Positions 59,851 through 64,000 of a DNA stretch of 64,000 nt are shown piece after piece. The notes below the pieces were generated by a model, which was not told where the DNA came from, did no database searches, and worked only from the letters and a program-made list of their open reading frames with translations. A program made the translations under genes and the position numbers. Position 1 is the first letter of the stretch. Each line of letters starts with the position of its first letter. Source of the DNA: Burkholderiales bacterium (GTDB lineage: Bacteria > Pseudomonadota > Gammaproteobacteria > Burkholderiales > Burkholderiaceae_C); contig JBBQAI010000005.1 in NCBI GenBank assembly GCA_038316205.1, positions 13,449 to 77,448 on the forward strand, written 5' to 3'.

Positions 59851-61830
59851 TCAACGTGCTTTCCCATCCGGCAGCAGTTCAGTGGTAACGCCATTGCGTA
59901 TCAAGGCCGAGCGGATCATGCGTGGACGGCCTTTCACCTCGGCCATGATTTTGGCCACGTATTCGCCCACCAGCCCGACCGCGAACAGATTGGCCGAACC
60001 AAACATCAGAATCAGTATCTGCAATGTCGTGGCGCCTTGGGCGGCGATGTCCGGGTAAATCAGTTTCAGCAACACTGTCACCACAGCCAGCACCGCCGAA
60101 AGTGCCAAAGCCACTATGCCTGCCGTCGTCAACATCGTCAGTGGCGTGTCACTGAACGAGAAGATGCCTTTCTTCGCCCACTCGATGTTCTTCAACAGGT
60201 TGTTCGTCGACACGCCAAACATGCGCTCAGGACGGATGTAATCCACCCCGGTCTGCTTGAAACCCACATAGGCACGCAGGCCGCGCACGAACAAGTCGCG
60301 TTCGGGGCAGTTCAGCAACCAACCCACCACGCGCCTGTCCATCAGTGAGAAGTCGCCCGCGTCGTGCGGGATCTTGATGTAGCTGAAGCGCGCAAAGATT
60401 CGGTAGAAAAGTTTGTACATCAGCCCCCACATGAAGGGCATCTCACGTTTGATGCGGCGGCCGTAGACGACGTCCCAGCCGGCCTCCCACTGCGCGTAGA
60501 ACTGCTCGATCAATTCAGGCGGGTCTTGCAGGTCTCCGTCGAGCAAAACCACGCTGTCTTTGGTACACAACTCCATGCCGCTGCGAAACGCCATCTGCGA
60601 GCCGAAATTGCGCGAATGGGTGATACCCAACACATGCGAATCGCGTTCGCTGATGTCGCGTATCACCTTAGCACTGTCGTCAGGGCTGCAGTCGTTGACG
60701 AAGATGATTTCGTAGTCAATGTCCAGCTTGCGGAAGGTGGCCGTCAATCGCTGGTGCATCACCGGTATGGCTTGACCGTCTTTGTAGCAGGCAATGATGG
60801 CTGTGACGCTGCGCTTGCGGGCGTTCGGGTCGCGCTTGGTGGCGGCGGCGTGTTCCGCATCGGTCAGCGTGCGCACCCATTCGGCCGTGCGGCGCAGACC
60901 CTCTTCGAGGGTGACTTCGGCCTTCCAGCCCAGCTTTTCGTGGGCCTTGCGAGGGTCAGAATACCAATCGGCCAAATCCCAGGCGCGACCCTCCATGGTG
61001 CCGAACTTGGGTTCGGCGCTGACATCAAAAATACGCCTCGTCGTTTCGGCCAGTTCGGCGATGGTGGTGCGATGGCCTGTGCCGATATTGAAGCTGTCAC
61101 CGTAAATGGCCGGCTGCATGGCCGTGGCGGATTTGACGAAGGCGGCAATGGTGTCGTCGATGTGGATGAAATCGCGTGAGGTGCGCGGGTCAACGAAGGG
61201 CGGCAGTTCGCCGGCAATGGCCTTGCGCAGCAGCGTCGGGATCAGCCGCGAGGTGTCTTCATACGGACCGTACACCGCATACAGCCGCAGATTGGCGCAG
61301 GGGAATCCGTGCTGCTGGCCCATGAAGCGCAGATAGCTGGCAACGGCCACCTTGCTGACGGCGTAATGGCTGTTCGGTTCGCAAACGGCGGCTTCAGCCG
61401 GCGCGCTGCAGTTGGTGCCGTATTCGGACGAACTGCCGGCGTGTATGAAGGCCGCGAAGGGTTGGTCTTGCAACAGGCCAACCAAGTTCACAATGGACTG
61501 AAAATTCGTCTGGTAGATCAGCCCGCCGTCTTTCTCGAAGGAATAGGCGCCATAGGCTGCGCAGTCGAAGACGGTCTGCGGGTGCAGGCCGTTGACCATG
61601 TTCTTGGTGGCCGAAAAATCGGTCAGATCAACCGCAACTAGCTGCTCGTCCTTGACGTCGTCCAGGCGCCAGTTCTTGCCGCGGCGCACGGCGGCGTACA
61701 CGTCGCTGCGCACGCGCGCAATGGCGTGGAACAGGTTGGCGCCGATGAACCCTGATGCGCCGGTTACCAAGATGGGGCCGCGCAGGGCGCGGATGTGGTT
61801 GTCAAGGTCCGACATGCGTTGAGGATCCAT
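59851..61830 (-). CDS. Fusion of NAD-dependent epimerase/dehydratase (extended SDR) and GtrB/ArnC-like polyprenyl-phosphate glycosyltransferase (GT2)
   Basis: TGASGFIG, SSSEYG, YAVSK; then VNDCSPD, SRNFGSQMA, LDGDLQDPP, DAGDF, two C-terminal TMs and GEYVAKI. Confidence 0.9.
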   Translation of the reverse strand: MDPQRMSDLDNHIRALRGPILVTGASGFIGANLFHAIARVRSDVYAAVRRGKNWRLDDVKDEQLVAVDLTDFSATKNMVNGLHPQTVFDCAAYGAYSFEKDGGLIYQTNFQSIVNLVGLLQDQPFAAFIHAGSSSEYGTNCSAPAEAAVCEPNSHYAVSKVAVASYLRFMGQQHGFPCANLRLYAVYGPYEDTSRLIPTLLRKAIAGELPPFVDPRTSRDFIHIDDTIAAFVKSATAMQPAIYGDSFNIGTGHRTTIAELAETTRRIFDVSAEPKFGTMEGRAWDLADWYSDPRKAHEKLGWKAEVTLEEGLRRTAEWVRTLTDAEHAAATKRDPNARKRSVTAIIACYKDGQAIPVMHQRLTATFRKLDIDYEIIFVNDCSPDDSAKVIRDISERDSHVLGITHSRNFGSQMAFRSGMELCTKDSVVLLDGDLQDPPELIEQFYAQWEAGWDVVYGRRIKREMPFMWGLMYKLFYRIFARFSYIKIPHDAGDFSLMDRRVVGWLLNCPERDLFVRGLRAYVGFKQTGVDYIRPERMFGVSTNNLLKNIEWAKKGIFSFSDTPLTMLTTAGIVALALSAVLAVVTVLLKLIYPDIAAQGATTLQILILMFGSANLFAVGLVGEYVAKIMAEVKGRPRMIRSALIRNGVTTELLPDGKAR

Positions 61831-62739
61831 TCAGGCGCCGGCCAGTGCGGCCAACATGCTGGCCGGGTCCAGCCCCGACTGCTGACGCAGAAAAACCTGC
61901 GAGCCATAGCGCTCGTAGTGGTGGGCTCGGGCATACAAGTGAACGAAACGTGGCACGCTGATGCCTTGGTCGGCCAACCACAGGGCCAGCTCAGAACCCA
62001 CACCGCCGCGCCGCACATGCTCTTCAGCCACGCACAGCGCGCGCCCGGCGCCGATCTGCGCCAGCAATGCAGCCGGCATGGGGTTCAGGTCCAGCGATAA
62101 TTCAGCCAGGGCCCAAAGGCAAGGGCGTTGAGCAGGGACCAGTGCCTGGAACGCTTCGATGTAGCTGCCCGCCAGCGCGCCGACGGCAATGACCACCGGC
62201 CCATCACCATGGGTCAGTTGGCGCCAGGGTGCATAGACGGGAACGGTGTAGCCCTTGGGCTTTTCACCACGACCCAGGCGCAGATAAGCAGCACGGTTTG
62301 AATCGCCAGCGCGCGGCACCACAGCGCCCAGGTCTTCATCAAATACTGGCGCGTAAACAGCCATATTCGGCAAGCACAGCAGAACGCCGTAATCCTCAAT
62401 CGCGTGGTGCGTGGGGCCCATCACGCCGTAGCCATAGCCGCCACCGTTACCCACCAACTTGACGGGCAGCTTGTGGAAGGTGACGTCGTTACGGATCTGC
62501 TCGAAGGGCCGCGCATAGCAAAACGGCGCGATGCTGTAGGCCCAGACTTCGAAGCCCTGGCGCGCCATGCCGGCGGCCACCGAAATCATGTTTTGCTCGG
62601 AAACACCGGCATTGATGAAGCGCGGGCCCATGGCAGCCTGCAGCGGCTCCAGCGCCATGAAGCCCAGGTCACCCGTCAGGAACATCATGTTTGGGACGGT
62701 GGCCCGCGCCAGCATGGCGTCGCAAAACTGGATTCTCAT
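61831..62739 (-). CDS. Split transketolase, C-terminal (pyrimidine-binding + C-terminal) subunit
   Basis: TGDLG, GVSEQNM, RPFEQIRND, GPTHHAIED, YLRL, EEHVRRGG. Confidence 0.92.
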   Translation of the reverse strand: MRIQFCDAMLARATVPNMMFLTGDLGFMALEPLQAAMGPRFINAGVSEQNMISVAAGMARQGFEVWAYSIAPFCYARPFEQIRNDVTFHKLPVKLVGNGGGYGYGVMGPTHHAIEDYGVLLCLPNMAVYAPVFDEDLGAVVPRAGDSNRAAYLRLGRGEKPKGYTVPVYAPWRQLTHGDGPVVIAVGALAGSYIEAFQALVPAQRPCLWALAELSLDLNPMPAALLAQIGAGRALCVAEEHVRRGGVGSELALWLADQGISVPRFVHLYARAHHYERYGSQVFLRQQSGLDPASMLAALAGA

Positions 62740-63521
62740 GCGGCCTCCAATTCGGCCAGGGCAGCGTGGTACTGCGCTTCACGCAGCGGCAGGTAATGCG
62801 AATCCATGCGGTTTTCCAGGAAGCTGACGCCCTTGCCCTTGACGGTGCGCAGCATGGTGAAGGTCGGTCGGGCCGTGGGCGCGGCCAACGATGTGCGGAT
62901 GGCACCGAGGTCATGGCCGTCGATGACGCGCACCTCGACATCGAAGCCGGCCAGCTTCTCCCACAGCGGCGCCATCGAAGCCACTTCGGTGGTGCCCCCA
63001 AAGCCCTGCAGCTGGTTGTGGTCCACCAGTACCGACAGATTGCCCAGCTTGTGGTGCGCGGCGAAGATCAACGCTTCCCAGGTGGAGCCTTCCTGCCATT
63101 CGCCGTCAGAGGTCAGGCAGATGGTGCGGGCGTCGCCGCCCTTGAAGCGCATGGCCAGCGCCGTGCCGGCCGCCAAAGACAAGCCATGGCCGAGGCTGCC
63201 GGTGGCGAAGGGGATGTCGGGGATACCGGCTGCTGGCGGGTGACCGGCCAACAAGGTGTTGTCCTTGTGGAACTGGGTCAGATCGTCATCGCTAAGGCGG
63301 CCGATGCTCCACAGCGCGGTATACAGCGCACCAGCGGAATGGCCCTTGGACAGGATAAAGCGATCTTGCGGCCGCAGGAATTCATGGAAAGCCACGAGCA
63401 TGGCATCCAGCGACGACAGATTGCCGCCGATGTGGCCAACGCCCGCTTCGAAATGCATGCGCAGAAGCCGCTTGCGGGCACGCAAAACGTCATCGCTTGA
63501 AATGGGGGTAGAGGCTTTCAT
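62736..63521 (-). CDS. Split transketolase, N-terminal ThDP-binding subunit
   Basis: GHIGGNLS, DRFILSKGH, TGSLGHG, SDGEWQEG, DHNQLQ, KGKG..H. Confidence 0.92.
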   Translation of the reverse strand: MKASTPISSDDVLRARKRLLRMHFEAGVGHIGGNLSSLDAMLVAFHEFLRPQDRFILSKGHSAGALYTALWSIGRLSDDDLTQFHKDNTLLAGHPPAAGIPDIPFATGSLGHGLSLAAGTALAMRFKGGDARTICLTSDGEWQEGSTWEALIFAAHHKLGNLSVLVDHNQLQGFGGTTEVASMAPLWEKLAGFDVEVRVIDGHDLGAIRTSLAAPTARPTFTMLRTVKGKGVSFLENRMDSHYLPLREAQYHAALAELEAA

Positions 63522-63687
63522 CGCTTACCAATTTAAAGTGTGGGTGGGATGTGACGCGCGCTGAAGCCCGACCAGCTCGCACCGCCCAAGCGTAGCAGTG
63601 ACGTGAGCGAACGTCGCAACCACCGGCGTGGTGACGACAACCAAAACATGAACCATCACACCAAGCCGATGAATTGCGGCACAAAAC

Positions 63688-64000
63688 TTAGCGCGTTTCG
63701 GGTCGTCCTTGGCGGGGAAGTAGACCCATGAGGCCGGTCCAGATGGGGTAGGCCAACGCGCGAACCCACTGTGGCAAGGTCAGGATGAAGGCATAGAGCA
63801 TGTAAGCCCAAAGCATCCAATTGACAAGTTCATCCACAGTCCAGCGGTAGAGCAGCGGACTCATGTAGCAGGTCGCGACTACACCCAGCAAAGCCAGGCT
63901 GGACACCGGGCCCAAACGCCTGTCAGTTTTGATCCAAAGCAGCATTTGCGGCATCGTCAGCAGCAAGAACATCAATTTATAGTCGAAAACCACACCCAAC
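63688..64000 (-). CDS. C-terminal part of a hydrophobic membrane protein (possibly GT-C/GtrC-like); truncated by the window edge
   Basis: Open frame to TAA at 63688; DYKLMFLLL and three hydrophobic segments; upstream of the transketolase operon. Confidence 0.55.
   Translation of the reverse strand, partial: LGVVFDYKLMFLLLTMPQMLLWIKTDRRLGPVSSLALLGVVATCYMSPLLYRWTVDELVNWMLWAYMLYAFILTLPQWVRALAYPIWTGLMGLLPRQGRPETR

Noticed and set aside
61831-63521. Frameshifted tktA pseudogene or dxs
   Set aside because: Both halves have proper starts and stops with an ATGA overlap and match the natural two-subunit transketolase type.

Overview
High-GC betaproteobacterial chromosome segment. Gene content and order look like Burkholderiales of the Rubrivivax/Ideonella/Methylibium type; this is inference from synteny, not a database result. 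About 1-38,100 is mostly housekeeping: Pil-Chp genes (partial pilJ, pilI, pilH, pilG), a 57-aa rubredoxin missed by the ORF track, thiD-like/hemL/yeaD, mpl, a lipoprotein metzincin, RNB/tonB/mtgA/tlpA, accB-accC-prmA, fba/pyk/pgk (split by a wHTH-HATPase-STAS gene), azlCD, fmt/def/LysM/dprA/smg, DUF1631 and secF-secD-yajC. From 38,158 to the right edge is an accessory cell-surface glycan locus. It holds a 1119-aa triple-VanZ + O-antigen-ligase-like protein and the exosortase-A-associated module (PLP decarboxylase, AMP ligase, ACP, hydrolase 2, hydrolase 1). These are followed by a GNAT, a GT2, three AT3 acyltransferases (one frameshifted in a T6 run), a GT-C-like membrane protein, a HAD-UbiA fusion and a Tat-exported 726-aa unknown protein. 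The locus ends in a lower-GC operon: split transketolase, SDR-GT2(GtrB) fusion, methyltransferase and GtrA flippase. The best candidates for an undescribed system are this lipid-linked unusual-sugar pathway and the ACP-dependent acylation module with its Cys-nucleophile/pseudo-enzyme hydrolase pair. I saw no rRNA, tRNA, CRISPR array or transposase. All family assignments come from recognising motifs by eye.
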